From Syntrophomonadaceae bacterium (GTDB lineage: Bacteria; Bacillota; Dethiobacteria; SKNC01), in the NCBI GenBank assembly GCA_003555415.1, contig PWHX01000012.1, positions 13,053-77,052 of the forward strand: DNA of 64,000 nucleotides. Reading direction: 5' to 3'. A model generated the notes under the pieces. The model saw only the letters and a program-made list of their open reading frames with translations, was not told the DNA's origin and searched no databases. Positions 51,749 to 61,496 of this stretch are shown here, in pieces. Each line of letters begins with the position of its first letter. Positions within the stretch are counted from its first letter, which is position 1. The position numbers were made by a program, and so were the translations under genes.

Positions 51749-53476
51749 ATGGATAAAAAAAAGAGCGATTCCAATTTTTCTGCCTTGCGGAAGCGGGCGG
51801 AAGAGATCATACAAGGATCCTCTGTAGATGTGCCGGATAACCTTTCACCGGAAGATGCTCGAAGTTTAATCCACGAGCTGAGGGTATATCAAGAAGAGTT
51901 GGAAATACAAAATGAACAGCTTCGCCAGGCTCAATTGGATCTGGAAAAAGCAAGGGCGCGATATTTTGACCTGTATGAGCTGGCTCCAGTTGGATATTTA
52001 ATGCTTGATGAACAGGGTATAATTCTAGAGGTTAACCTAACGGCTACATCCCTTTTAGGACTGGAAAAAGACCAGATAGTCAAGCAACCGCTGAACCGCT
52101 TTATTGCCAGTGATACTCAAGACACCTTTTATCTTAATTTTAAAAAAGTTCTTAAAACAGGCGCCAAGAAGGTTTATGAAATGAAAATGATTAATAAAAA
52201 TGGCTGCTGGTTTTGGGTTCAAGTTGAGATGACAGCAGCGCTAAAGTATGAAAGCCAGGACAACACTTATCGTGTAGTGATAAGTGATATTACCGAGCGC
52301 AAGAAGGCGGAGGAAATTATAAAATCTAATTATGAATTTAAGCGAAGAGCAGACAAGCTGGAATCCTTAAGCATATTGGCCAGCGGCATTGCCCATGATT
52401 TTAATAATTACCTGGCCACGCTTCAGGGCAATATTTCTCTGGCTAGGATTTATAAAGATAAACCGGATAAAGTTGAAGGCAAGTTGAAAAATATGGAAAG
52501 TGTGATTGATCGAACTACAGATTTAACCCAGCAGTTATTCCTTTTTGCTACAGGTGGGACAACGGACAAAAAAAAGGTATATATAAAAAAGTTAATAAAT
52601 GACAGCGTTCATTTTGCTTTAAGTGGTTCTAACGTTTGCTGTCATTTATCTTTACCTGATAGTCTCTATGCCGTTGAAATTGACGAAGGACAAATAACGC
52701 AGGTTATGTACAACATTATTATTAATGCAGCGCAGGCTATGTCTGAAGGGGGAGCAATCCATGTAAGCGCTGAAAACTTCATAATTGAAACACCAGAAAA
52801 CGAAAACCTTATTTCTTTACCTGAAGGAAAATATGTAAAGATATCTATAGCAGATGAGGGTCCTGGTATACCGGAAAAATTCTTACAAAAAATATATGAT
52901 CCCTTTTTTACTAGTAAAGTTGAAGGGAGCGGTCTGGGCCTTTCTACTTCGTACTCTATTATCAAAAACCATAACGGTTACATTCAGGTAGAAACTGAAG
53001 AAGGTAAAGGAACCATATTTAATATATTTCTTCCTGCTTTTACGCAAATAGATGTGGCTAACACTGAAGAAAAAGATATCATTTATGGCTCAGGAAAGAT
53101 TTTAATAATGGATGATGATAAAGAAGTCAGGTCTTTTATGGGGGAAGTGTTAACTACCCTGGGATACGAAGTGCTTTATGCCTGTGAAGGAATTGAGGTT
53201 TTAGAAATGTACATGAACTCTAAAAAATACGACCAACCAATTGATCTTGTAGTAATGGACTTAACCATTTCCAATGGGATGGGTGCTAAGAATACTATTA
53301 ACAAGCTGTTTAAAAAGGATCCTGAGGCAAAAGCTATTGTTTCCAGCGGCTACGCAAACGACCCGGTGTTGAATAATTTCAGAGAATATGGATTTAAAGG
53401 TGCCATTAAAAAACCTTATAACATAAAAGAGTTGTCTGAAGTCATCTATGGAGCATTAAAGGATATAGACCACTAA
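51749..53476 (+). CDS. hybrid sensor histidine kinase (coiled-coil/PAS - HisKA - HATPase - receiver)
   Basis: 575-aa ORF with H-box ASGIAHDFNNYL, N-box NIIINAAQAM, G-boxes DEGPGIP and GSGLGLS, and a receiver domain (ILIMDDD, VVMDLTISNGMG, IKKP). It starts 28 nt after the CheB-CheR fusion ORF. Confidence 0.9.
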   Translation: MDKKKSDSNFSALRKRAEEIIQGSSVDVPDNLSPEDARSLIHELRVYQEELEIQNEQLRQAQLDLEKARARYFDLYELAPVGYLMLDEQGIILEVNLTATSLLGLEKDQIVKQPLNRFIASDTQDTFYLNFKKVLKTGAKKVYEMKMINKNGCWFWVQVEMTAALKYESQDNTYRVVISDITERKKAEEIIKSNYEFKRRADKLESLSILASGIAHDFNNYLATLQGNISLARIYKDKPDKVEGKLKNMESVIDRTTDLTQQLFLFATGGTTDKKKVYIKKLINDSVHFALSGSNVCCHLSLPDSLYAVEIDEGQITQVMYNIIINAAQAMSEGGAIHVSAENFIIETPENENLISLPEGKYVKISIADEGPGIPEKFLQKIYDPFFTSKVEGSGLGLSTSYSIIKNHNGYIQVETEEGKGTIFNIFLPAFTQIDVANTEEKDIIYGSGKILIMDDDKEVRSFMGEVLTTLGYEVLYACEGIEVLEMYMNSKKYDQPIDLVVMDLTISNGMGAKNTINKLFKKDPEAKAIVSSGYANDPVLNNFREYGFKGAIKKPYNIKELSEVIYGALKDIDH

Positions 53477-53543
53477 CAACAGCATAAATTTAATATTATA
53501 GGAGGGTGTATAGGCTCCTGACTGTACTGAATGAGTAAAAGGA

Positions 53544-53577
53544 ACGTACAGTTTAGTGGGTTTGTACGCTTTTTTTA
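53544..53577 (+). terminator. probable intrinsic terminator after the hybrid kinase
   Basis: 6-bp stem CGTACA/TGTACG with a 12-nt loop, followed by CTTTTTTT. Confidence 0.45.
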
Positions 53578-53645
53578 ATTCTAAAAAGCAACTAAGTTAT
53601 ATATTAATAATAAGGAGTCTTAGCTTCTTATAGGGGGAAAATTAT

Positions 53646-54599
53646 TTGGCCTTAGTTAACTGGCTGGTTCTGGTGGGCGGGGTAAGTGCTTTAATTTCAG
53701 GGCTACATATGATGAGCAGTGGTTTAAAGCTTACAGCTGCTTCTAAACTAAAAAAATATTTGAATATATTAACAAATAACCCCCTGCTGGGGGCTTTAAC
53801 CGGAGCTGTGGTTACCATGATATTGCAGAGCAGCAGTATTACTACAATAATGGTAGTGGGGCTGGTTAATACTGGGTTAATTAATTTTACCCAGGGTATA
53901 AGCATTATAATCGGAGCTAATATAGGAACCACCATAACAGCACAGATTTTAGCCTTTCAGTTGACTGATTGGGCTCTGCCTATTACAGCCGTCGGTTTAG
54001 TTTTTTTACTGCTGGGTAGATTCAGGAGCCCGTATCTCTGGGGATTGGGGAAAAGCCTTTTAGGAGCAGGTTTATTATTTTTAGGATTATATATGATGAC
54101 CACAGCCTTAAAACCTCTAAGGGAGTCACCATATATATTAAACCTCCTTTTAGAGGCTGGCGAAGTGCCTTTACAGGGAGTACTTATAGGGGCCCTGTCA
54201 ACATTCCTCTTTCAAAGCAGTGGGGCGGTTATAGGAATAATTATGGCTATGGCCGTTCAGGGCATGGTTTCCTTACCTGTAAGTATAGCTATTATTTTGG
54301 GAGCAGATATGGGGACCTGTATTACTTCTATGATTGCCAGTATAGGAACTGACATTCATGCCCGAAGAACAGCTTTTGCACATTTAATATTTAATATTAT
54401 CGGAGCTACCTGCCTGTTGACTATTTTTAATTATTTTACTAGTATAGTTATGGAAACTTCACCTGTTATTACCAGGCAGATTGCTAATGCTCATACCCTT
54501 TATAATATTTTCAATGCACTGATTATTCTACCTTTTGTAAATATATTTGCCCGCTTCATAGAATATATAATACCGGAAAAGAAAAGCAAAGCAATGTAA
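53646..54599 (+). CDS. Na/Pi cotransporter family membrane protein (short form, no PhoU-like tail)
   Basis: 317-aa polytopic ORF with the repeated motifs GALTGAVVTMILQSSSITT and GALSTFLFQSSGAVIGI typical of Na_Pi_cotrans repeats. TTG start after GGGGGA. Confidence 0.8.
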   Translation: MALVNWLVLVGGVSALISGLHMMSSGLKLTAASKLKKYLNILTNNPLLGALTGAVVTMILQSSSITTIMVVGLVNTGLINFTQGISIIIGANIGTTITAQILAFQLTDWALPITAVGLVFLLLGRFRSPYLWGLGKSLLGAGLLFLGLYMMTTALKPLRESPYILNLLLEAGEVPLQGVLIGALSTFLFQSSGAVIGIIMAMAVQGMVSLPVSIAIILGADMGTCITSMIASIGTDIHARRTAFAHLIFNIIGATCLLTIFNYFTSIVMETSPVITRQIANAHTLYNIFNALIILPFVNIFARFIEYIIPEKKSKAM

Positions 54600-54654
54600 A
54601 CAAAATAATTATGTACAGGTAAATAAAGTATTGTATAATAGTAGGGGGAGTATT

Positions 54655-55467
54655 ATGACAACCTGGGAAGCAATATTTCTGGGAATTATCCAGGGATTAA
54701 CTGAATTTCTTCCCGTAAGCAGTTCGGGCCACCTGGTAATATCCCAGTATATTTTAGGGGTTAAGCAGTCTGGAATTACCTTTGAAGTTTTTGTGCACTT
54801 TGGCACTTTGGTTTCTATAATTTGGGTCTTTTATGCTGACATTAAGAAGTTAATCCTGGCTGGTTTAAATATAAATTATGATCCCCTGAGCCGTCGAATG
54901 ATATTTTTATTAATTATGGGGTGTATCCCTACAGCCATAATGGGAATATTCTTTGAGCCATTTTTTGTGGGTCTCTTTGATTCAGTTGTTACCGTAGGTT
55001 TTATGCTTTTAGTTACGGGAAGCCTACTGTGGATAATAAACTGGAAGATCCCAGGGGCAAAGAAGATTGGTGAAATGAAAACACTTGATGCCATAATTGT
55101 GGGTATATTCCAGGGTATGGCAATAATTCCCGGTGTTTCCCGTTCAGGTGCCACTATTTTTGCTGCTCTTTTAAAAGACCTGGACAGGGAAACGGCTATC
55201 CGCTATTCTCTCCTTTTGGCTCTTCCTGCGATTTTGGGAGCTACTCTATTAGAGGCCCGGGAATTAATGGCGGGGACCGGGGAGAACATTAGCCTTGTCC
55301 CTTTAGTTCTGGGTACTATAGCTGCTTTATTTTCAGGCATTCTAGCCATCAAAACTTTTATCAAACTGCTTCAAATGGGTAGGCTCTATTATTTTTCATA
55401 TTACTGTTGGATGGTAGGATCGCTAATTATATTGTGGCAGCTAGTAAAGAAATTTGGCTACTTTTAA
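54655..55467 (+). CDS. uppP: undecaprenyl-diphosphate phosphatase
   Basis: MTTWEAIFLGIIQGLTEFLPVSSSGHL and PGVSRSGATI motifs. GGGGGAG precedes the ATG at 54655; the ORF track starts at 54631. Confidence 0.93.
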   Translation: MTTWEAIFLGIIQGLTEFLPVSSSGHLVISQYILGVKQSGITFEVFVHFGTLVSIIWVFYADIKKLILAGLNINYDPLSRRMIFLLIMGCIPTAIMGIFFEPFFVGLFDSVVTVGFMLLVTGSLLWIINWKIPGAKKIGEMKTLDAIIVGIFQGMAIIPGVSRSGATIFAALLKDLDRETAIRYSLLLALPAILGATLLEARELMAGTGENISLVPLVLGTIAALFSGILAIKTFIKLLQMGRLYYFSYYCWMVGSLIILWQLVKKFGYF

Positions 55468-55535
55468 AGGAGTTGTCTCCTTCTTAAAGGAATTCCATAG
55501 AAATTGAAGAATTACTGATTTTAGAGGTGTTTTAT

Positions 55536-57791
55536 ATGTTTAACATGTTTAATGAACTTAAGGAAGATTTTCGCTTTCAAATAAAAGGGCTTTTGCTGCT
55601 TACCTTAAGTCTATTATGTTTTGCCGGTTTAAGGTTTACGGAGCAGACAGGTACGGTGGGAGGAATGCTGGCTGGCTTTTTATATTTTGTTGCCGGAGAT
55701 TTAGCGTATTTAATTCCTCTGGTGGTCTGTCTGTTAGGTCTTAAATATATAGTACCAGGTAAAATTAATAATATCCGTACCCGTTTCGTCGGGCTGACTA
55801 TTATTTTGCTTTTATTTTTGGTTACTGTTCATCTTAACCTTATGATTGAAGCTCCTCTGGAGGGGCACAGCATATATGAAGCCAGTTACAACCTGGGAAT
55901 ACAAAAACAGGGTGGAGGAATAACAGGTGCTCTTCTTTCCATATTATTGTTTTTCTTTTTCGGGGAAATAGGAAGCTATATTGTAGTAGGTGCCATGGCT
56001 GTAGTTGCCTTTTTATTAATTATAAATATTTCCCTTACCCAGCTTTTTGATATTTTCAAAAAAGCTTTTTCCCGGGTTTCTCCCAAGGTCAAACCTTTTT
56101 TCCATGAACTATATCATATTCTATTTACTGAAGAAGAGGAGGAAGCGTTCGTAGGGGAAGATGAAAAAGTGTTGGCCTTACCCAAAACTTCACCTTCAGA
56201 AAACTTATCACAAGAGGATAACGTTATGGAGGAAAAAGAAAAGGATGAACCTGTCCCCGTTACTGTTAATGATAATGATAAGGAGAAGGATAATTTAGAA
56301 AAGAAAGAATCACAACCTAACCCCAGCTCTCTTACCCTGGTAGTTAATAATGAAGAAATAATGGGTTATAATCTTCCTCCCGCCTCGCTTTTGCCTCAGA
56401 GAAAGCAGTTAAAAGATACCCAGCAGAAAAAGGCTGCCCTGGAAAGGGCTAAGGATTTAGAAAATACTCTTAAAAACTTTGGGGTGAAAATAAATAACAT
56501 CCAGGTACACATAGGGCCTACAGTTACCAGGTATGAGCTACAACCGGCCAAAGGTGTTAAAGTTAGCCGTATAGTGAGTTTGGCAGACGATCTGGCTCTC
56601 AGCATGGCTGCTCCTGGAGTGAGGATAGAGGCTCCTATTCCCGGAAAAGCAGCGGTAGGAATAGAAGTGCCCAATAAAATTATATCCCCTGTATACCTTA
56701 GAAGTGTTTTAGAGGATACTGATTTCAAAGAATCTAAGTCCCTTCTTTCTATAGCGCTGGGAAAAGACATCTATGGAGAAGCTGTCATAGCGGACCTGGC
56801 CAAAATGCCCCACATTCTTATTGCCGGAGCTACAGGTTCAGGAAAAAGTGTCTGCCTTAATGCTCTTATTGTAAGTATACTTTATAAAGCCAGGCCTGAT
56901 GAAATAAAGTTTTTATTGATAGATCCCAAGTATGTAGAGCTTAACTCCTATAACGGTATTCCTCATCTTTTAGCGCCGGTTATTTCCGATAAGAAAAAAG
57001 CTTCTGCTGCCCTTAAAAAAATGGTAAAGGAAATGGAAGAAAGATACGAGATATTTGCCCGGGAAGGAGTCAGAGATATAGAAAGTTACAACAACTTTAT
57101 GAGAAATGAAAAAAATGAATTAGGAAAAGTCCTGCCATATATAGTAGTTGTTATAGATGAGCTAGCTGATATAATGCTGGTATCCCCCCATGAAGTTGAG
57201 GATGCAATTGCTCGTCTGGCTCAGATGGCTAGAGCTGCAGGGATTCACCTGGTTATAGCTACACAGCGTCCTTCAGTCAATGTTATAACGGGAGTTATAA
57301 AAGCTAATATTACCACACGTATAGCTTTTGCTGTTTCATCTAATGCTGATTCCAGGGTCATCCTGGATATAGGAGGGGCAGAAAAGCTTATAGGTCAGGG
57401 GGACATGCTTTACCATCCTGTAGGAGTACAAAAACCCAGGAGAATACAAGGGGCTTTTATTTCTGAACAGGATGTAAATAAAATCGTTGATTATATTAAG
57501 AAACAGGGAGTTATGCAGCAAGAACAAAAAATTATTCCAGAATCTGATGAAGAGGCAGGAGAACCAAAAGAAGTTGACGAATTCTTTTCTGAAGCAGTAA
57601 AGGAAGTAGTAAATTCTGGTCAGGCATCTATTTCATTTTTGCAGCGCAAGTTTCATATAGGCCACGTAAGGGCCGGCAGGCTAATTGATGAAATGGAAAG
57701 AATGGGTATCGTTAGTGGTTATGAAGGAAGTAAGGCCCGCAAAGTTTTAATATCTTCTGAGCAGTTGAACCAATACTTAGATAATGAGTAG
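55536..57791 (+). CDS. ftsK: FtsK/SpoIIIE family DNA translocase
   Basis: N-terminal 4-TM region, an acidic linker, the motor domain with Walker A GATGSGKS and Walker [10 protein letters not shown], and the C-terminal gamma w[27 protein letters not shown]. Confidence 0.95.
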   Translation: MFNMFNELKEDFRFQIKGLLLLTLSLLCFAGLRFTEQTGTVGGMLAGFLYFVAGDLAYLIPLVVCLLGLKYIVPGKINNIRTRFVGLTIILLLFLVTVHLNLMIEAPLEGHSIYEASYNLGIQKQGGGITGALLSILLFFFFGEIGSYIVVGAMAVVAFLLIINISLTQLFDIFKKAFSRVSPKVKPFFHELYHILFTEEEEEAFVGEDEKVLALPKTSPSENLSQEDNVMEEKEKDEPVPVTVNDNDKEKDNLEKKESQPNPSSLTLVVNNEEIMGYNLPPASLLPQRKQLKDTQQKKAALERAKDLENTLKNFGVKINNIQVHIGPTVTRYELQPAKGVKVSRIVSLADDLALSMAAPGVRIEAPIPGKAAVGIEVPNKIISPVYLRSVLEDTDFKESKSLLSIALGKDIYGEAVIADLAKMPHILIAGATGSGKSVCLNALIVSILYKARPDEIKFLLIDPKYVELNSYNGIPHLLAPVISDKKKASAALKKMVKEMEERYEIFAREGVRDIESYNNFMRNEKNELGKVLPYIVVVIDELADIMLVSPHEVEDAIARLAQMARAAGIHLVIATQRPSVNVITGVIKANITTRIAFAVSSNADSRVILDIGGAEKLIGQGDMLYHPVGVQKPRRIQGAFISEQDVNKIVDYIKKQGVMQQEQKIIPESDEEAGEPKEVDEFFSEAVKEVVNSGQASISFLQRKFHIGHVRAGRLIDEMERMGIVSGYEGSKARKVLISSEQLNQYLDNE

Positions 57792-57814
57792 CTCCCTGGA
57801 TGGAGGTGTATATT

Positions 57815-58675
57815 GTGAAAGAACTTGGAGATATTCTACGCAGCACAAGAGAAGAAAAAGGCATGACCCATGAAGAAATATTTGACCTAACAAAGATTCA
57901 GCCACGATTCCTCCAGGCCCTGGAAGAGGAAAATTTTGATATATTTCCAGGGGAAATTTATGCTAAAGGTTCCTTAAAAAATTATGCCCAGGTGTTAGGG
58001 TTAGACGAAGAAATGATTTTAGAAAAATATAAAGATATAAAAGAACGGGAGGGGCCTGTGCATACAGAGGAAAAGGAAAATGAAATTAAGCCTCTTTACA
58101 CAAAAAGAGATGGCATATGGAGAAATATGGTTATAGGAATTATAGTGGTGTTGGTTCTTTTTGGCGGGATAAAGGGATATCAGGAATTTTTTGCTTTTGA
58201 GAATAACCAGGAAATTAATGATCCTAATGGTCAGGAGGAGGAAATTCCTTCTAATAACTCTGAAGAAGATATTAGTAATAATGAGCTTTTTCCTGATAAC
58301 GATAGGGCAAGGGAAGATGAAGAAGATAAAAAGACCCCGGAACCAGAACTGCACCTGGTGGAAGAATCTCATAACCATGAAACATATGAGCTTTATAATG
58401 CTGAAATAATAGACCTGGAATTGGAATTTACCGGTGACTGCTGGATAAGAATGGAAGCAGATGATGATGATAGAGATGAAGCAACTTATAGAGATATGGA
58501 TACAGTTAACCGGGAAGCCGAAAGTAAAGTTTTGGTACGGTTTGGTAACCCTCCGGCAGCAAAGATTAAGGTCAATGGAATGGAAATTAACATTGCTGAA
58601 AGAACCAGCAGGGTAGACATAGAGATTGAGCTTATAGAGGAAAATGATATTGAAAACAACGATTCTGACATATAG
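57815..58675 (+). CDS. rodZ: RodZ-like cytoskeleton protein (HTH - TM - acidic linker - C-terminal beta domain)
   Basis: MKELGDILRSTREEKGMTHEEIFDLTKIQPRFLQALEEENFD (XRE-type HTH), one TM helix (MVIGIIVVLVLFGGI), and a very acidic linker. GGAGGTG precedes the GTG at 57815. Confidence 0.8.
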   Translation: MKELGDILRSTREEKGMTHEEIFDLTKIQPRFLQALEEENFDIFPGEIYAKGSLKNYAQVLGLDEEMILEKYKDIKEREGPVHTEEKENEIKPLYTKRDGIWRNMVIGIIVVLVLFGGIKGYQEFFAFENNQEINDPNGQEEEIPSNNSEEDISNNELFPDNDRAREDEEDKKTPEPELHLVEESHNHETYELYNAEIIDLELEFTGDCWIRMEADDDDRDEATYRDMDTVNREAESKVLVRFGNPPAAKIKVNGMEINIAERTSRVDIEIELIEENDIENNDSDI

Positions 58676-58703
58676 TTTACAATTTTATAATATTAAAATA
58701 TTT

Positions 58704-58730
58704 ACTCCATCTATGATGGGAGTTTTTTTT
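58704..58730 (+). terminator. intrinsic terminator after rodZ
   Basis: ACTCCATC-TAT-GATGGGAGT (one bulge) followed by TTTTTTTT. Confidence 0.75.
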
Positions 58731-58757
58731 GACAAGGTATTATACTTATACTATACT
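58729..58757 (+). promoter_or_regulatory. sigma-A promoter upstream of rimO-pgsA
   Basis: Consensus TTGACA, 17-nt spacer, TATACT. Confidence 0.65.
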
Positions 58758-58815
58758 AAGGTGAATATATGTAGACTTGTAGAGAAAAGGAAGCAATTGC
58801 AGGAGGACATGAGAG

Positions 58816-60153
58816 ATGCCAGGTGAAAAGCTGGGAGTTATTTCCCTGGGTTGTGCAAAAAACCTTGTAGATACTGAAGTTATGTTGGGACTGATTACGG
58901 AGGCAGGTTTTGAGGTTACCAATAATGCTCAAGAAGCCCAGGTTTTAATAATTAATACATGCGGTTTCATTAATGACGCAAAGGAAGAATCCATTAATAC
59001 CATTTTAGAAATGGCAGAATATAAAAATAAGGGAAATTGTAAGGTGCTTTTGGCAACGGGATGTCTTACACAAAGATATCGGGAAGAATTAATGAAGGAG
59101 ATACCAGAATTAGATGGAATCATCGGCACGGGCGATTACAATAAAATAGCTACAGTTATTGAGGATGCCTTAAAAGGTACTAAAATTGCCAGTTTTGATA
59201 ACTGTGGTTTTCTATACGATCATACTTATCCCAGATTATTGAGCGGACCTTCCCACAGGGCATATGTAAAAATAGCTGAAGGATGTAACCATAAATGTGC
59301 TTTTTGTGTTATACCTGACTTAAGAGGAAGATATCAGAGCAGGAGTCCGGAATCGGTAATTAAAGAAGTAGAAGGCCTTGCCAACCGGGGAGTTAAGGAA
59401 ATAAATCTTATAGCCCAGGATTCTACAAGTTATGGTAAGGATCTTAAAGATAGCTCTGTAAATCTAGCAAGGCTATTAAAACAACTGGTAAATAAAGAAA
59501 GCGTTGAATGGTTGAGAGTCCTGTACGGATATCCTACAGGTGTTACGGAGGACTTAATTGAAGTTATAGCTAATGAAAACAAAATTTGTAAATATCTTGA
59601 TATTCCCCTACAACATGCCCATCCAGAAATATTAAAGAAGATGGGCAGGTTTTTACCTCCAGAGGATGCAAAACAATTAATAACAAAAATAAGAAAGAAT
59701 ATCCCTGGAGTTATTTTAAGGAGCACATTCATGGTTGGTTTTCCTGGGGAAAAGGATCATCATTTTGACGAACTTTATCAGTTTATGCAGGAAATTCAAT
59801 TTGAACGGGCAGGAGTTTTTGTTTATTCCCGAGAAGAAAGTACCAAGGCTGCAAAACTTAAGGAACAGGTTAAAAACAATGTGAAGGTTGAAAGGTTCCA
59901 CCGCCTCATGAAACTTCAAAAAAAGATATCTGAACAAAAGAACAAGGATTATTTAGGTAGTATTCAGCAGGTATTGGTGGAGGGGCAGGTAAGGGATTCC
60001 CATGATTTATATTTCGGTCGTTTTTGGGGTCAGGCACCGGAGGTGGATGGGTTGGTTTATTTTACAAGTAACCGCCATGTATCCTCTGGAGACTTGGTTA
60101 AGGCCAAGATTACAGGTACCTACACTTATGATCTTAAGGGAGAGGTAATTTAA
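58816..60153 (+). CDS. rimO: ribosomal protein S12 methylthiotransferase RimO
   Basis: 445-aa ORF with LGCAKNLVDTE in the UPF0004 domain, the radical SAM motif CNHKCAFC, and a C-terminal TRAM domain (VDGLVYF...DLKGEV). Confidence 0.9.
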   Translation: MPGEKLGVISLGCAKNLVDTEVMLGLITEAGFEVTNNAQEAQVLIINTCGFINDAKEESINTILEMAEYKNKGNCKVLLATGCLTQRYREELMKEIPELDGIIGTGDYNKIATVIEDALKGTKIASFDNCGFLYDHTYPRLLSGPSHRAYVKIAEGCNHKCAFCVIPDLRGRYQSRSPESVIKEVEGLANRGVKEINLIAQDSTSYGKDLKDSSVNLARLLKQLVNKESVEWLRVLYGYPTGVTEDLIEVIANENKICKYLDIPLQHAHPEILKKMGRFLPPEDAKQLITKIRKNIPGVILRSTFMVGFPGEKDHHFDELYQFMQEIQFERAGVFVYSREESTKAAKLKEQVKNNVKVERFHRLMKLQKKISEQKNKDYLGSIQQVLVEGQVRDSHDLYFGRFWGQAPEVDGLVYFTSNRHVSSGDLVKAKITGTYTYDLKGEVI

Positions 60154-60746
60154 TGAACTTGGCAAATAAGCTGACTTTAGTCAGAATATTTTTGATACCA
60201 GTATTTATGGTGTTTCTCCTGGTTAAGTTTTTTCCGTATGGCGGCAAATTTATTGCTGCAGGTGTTTTCACACTGGCGGCCTTGACGGATGGCCTGGATG
60301 GGTATATTGCCCGGAAGAACAACCAGGTGACTAGGGTTGGAAAGTTTTTAGACCCCTTGGCGGACAAGCTTTTAATCAGTGCAGCTTTGATATCCCTGGT
60401 TGGTTTGGGAAAACTGCACGCCGGTATAGCTTTTATAATAATTGCCAGGGAATTTATAATTACAGGTTTAAGGGTAATGGTTGCCGGGGAGAGAAAAATT
60501 CTTGTTGCCAGCAAACTGGGCAAGGCCAAGACAATTTTTCAAATAGTGGCCGTTTTATATATAATTATAATATCTGACTTAGAAAACCTTTCTGCTATTT
60601 TACCTCCATTATCTGACTTTCTTCAAAAGTTCCCATATTTATATTTGAACTGGTTTTTATTGTTTTTGGCTGTTCTATTTACTGTATGGTCCGGAGTTGA
60701 CTACATGTACAAGAATAAGTGGGTCTTTAAGATGGGAAAAGAATAA
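60153..60746 (+). CDS. pgsA: CDP-diacylglycerol--glycerol-3-phosphate 3-phosphatidyltransferase
   Basis: 197-aa ORF with the CDP-alcohol phosphatidyltransferase motif DGLDGYIARK...GKFLDPLADK. The start overlaps the rimO stop (TAATG). Confidence 0.94.
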   Translation: MNLANKLTLVRIFLIPVFMVFLLVKFFPYGGKFIAAGVFTLAALTDGLDGYIARKNNQVTRVGKFLDPLADKLLISAALISLVGLGKLHAGIAFIIIAREFIITGLRVMVAGERKILVASKLGKAKTIFQIVAVLYIIIISDLENLSAILPPLSDFLQKFPYLYLNWFLLFLAVLFTVWSGVDYMYKNKWVFKMGKE

Positions 60747-60838
60747 AATACTATAAAACTTCAGATATATTACAGAGAGGCGTGGGGATAACATTTCCAC
60801 GCTTAATTATGTAAGCGATGCTATGGTTATTATTACTA

Positions 60839-60868
60839 TTGCTACAGCAAAATTCCCTGTGTTATAAT
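60839..60868 (+). promoter_or_regulatory. sigma-A promoter upstream of the unknown gene and the FtsH-like gene
   Basis: TTGCTA, 18-nt spacer, TGtTATAAT (extended -10). Confidence 0.55.
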
Positions 60869-60938
60869 GATTATGTAAACAAACGCCGGCAAAGTAAAAC
60901 TCTATTATACTTTTGATTTTTGTTGGGAGAGGTTTGTA

Positions 60939-61496
60939 ATGTTTTTTAAACAAATTAAATGGGTTGCTGTAATAGTTTCTTTTATTTTTATTTTAGGAAT
61001 ATTCTACGGATTTCAACATTACCAGGATAAACAGACAGCGGATGAACTTTTATATCAACTACTAAATGAAATAGAAGAAATTGAAGACGTAGAAATAAAA
61101 GAAAAACCTGAATCACTGCACATTGTGTTGGAACTGGCGTATGTTAATAATTTATATAATACAGAAAACGAGATTAGTAAAAAAGTAGTAAGGTATTTAG
61201 GAGACAGGGAATTTAAAATAATATTCGAAGATAAGAGGGACGAAGACTTAGATAAGATATTTTATAGAGTTCATTATTCTCTTCAGGAAGCAGCGGTAAA
61301 GGGGAATTTCATGGAAATGTCGGTAAAAGTAGAAGATATAATGGACGAGCATGCAGTTGATGATTTTCGTATAATTGTTGGAGAGAAGAGCCTTTATTTT
61401 CAGCTTTTAAAAGATGATAATTATCTTTACGAGGTAGTACCGCGTTCCCCCATGGATATAGAAAAATTATTAAGGGAGCGTGATAGCTTTGATTAA
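60939..61496 (+). CDS. hypothetical single-pass membrane protein
   Basis: 185-aa ORF with one N-terminal TM helix (WVAVIVSFIFILGIFYGF) and a charged soluble domain. I recognise no family. The 3' end overlaps the next ORF by 17 nt. Confidence 0.5.
   Translation: MFFKQIKWVAVIVSFIFILGIFYGFQHYQDKQTADELLYQLLNEIEEIEDVEIKEKPESLHIVLELAYVNNLYNTENEISKKVVRYLGDREFKIIFEDKRDEDLDKIFYRVHYSLQEAAVKGNFMEMSVKVEDIMDEHAVDDFRIIVGEKSLYFQLLKDDNYLYEVVPRSPMDIEKLLRERDSFD

Noticed and set aside
58644-58826. 60-aa + strand ORF bridging rodZ and rimO.
   Set aside because: It reads through the rodZ terminator and the consensus TTGACA/TATACT promoter. It has no RBS, so it is not coding.
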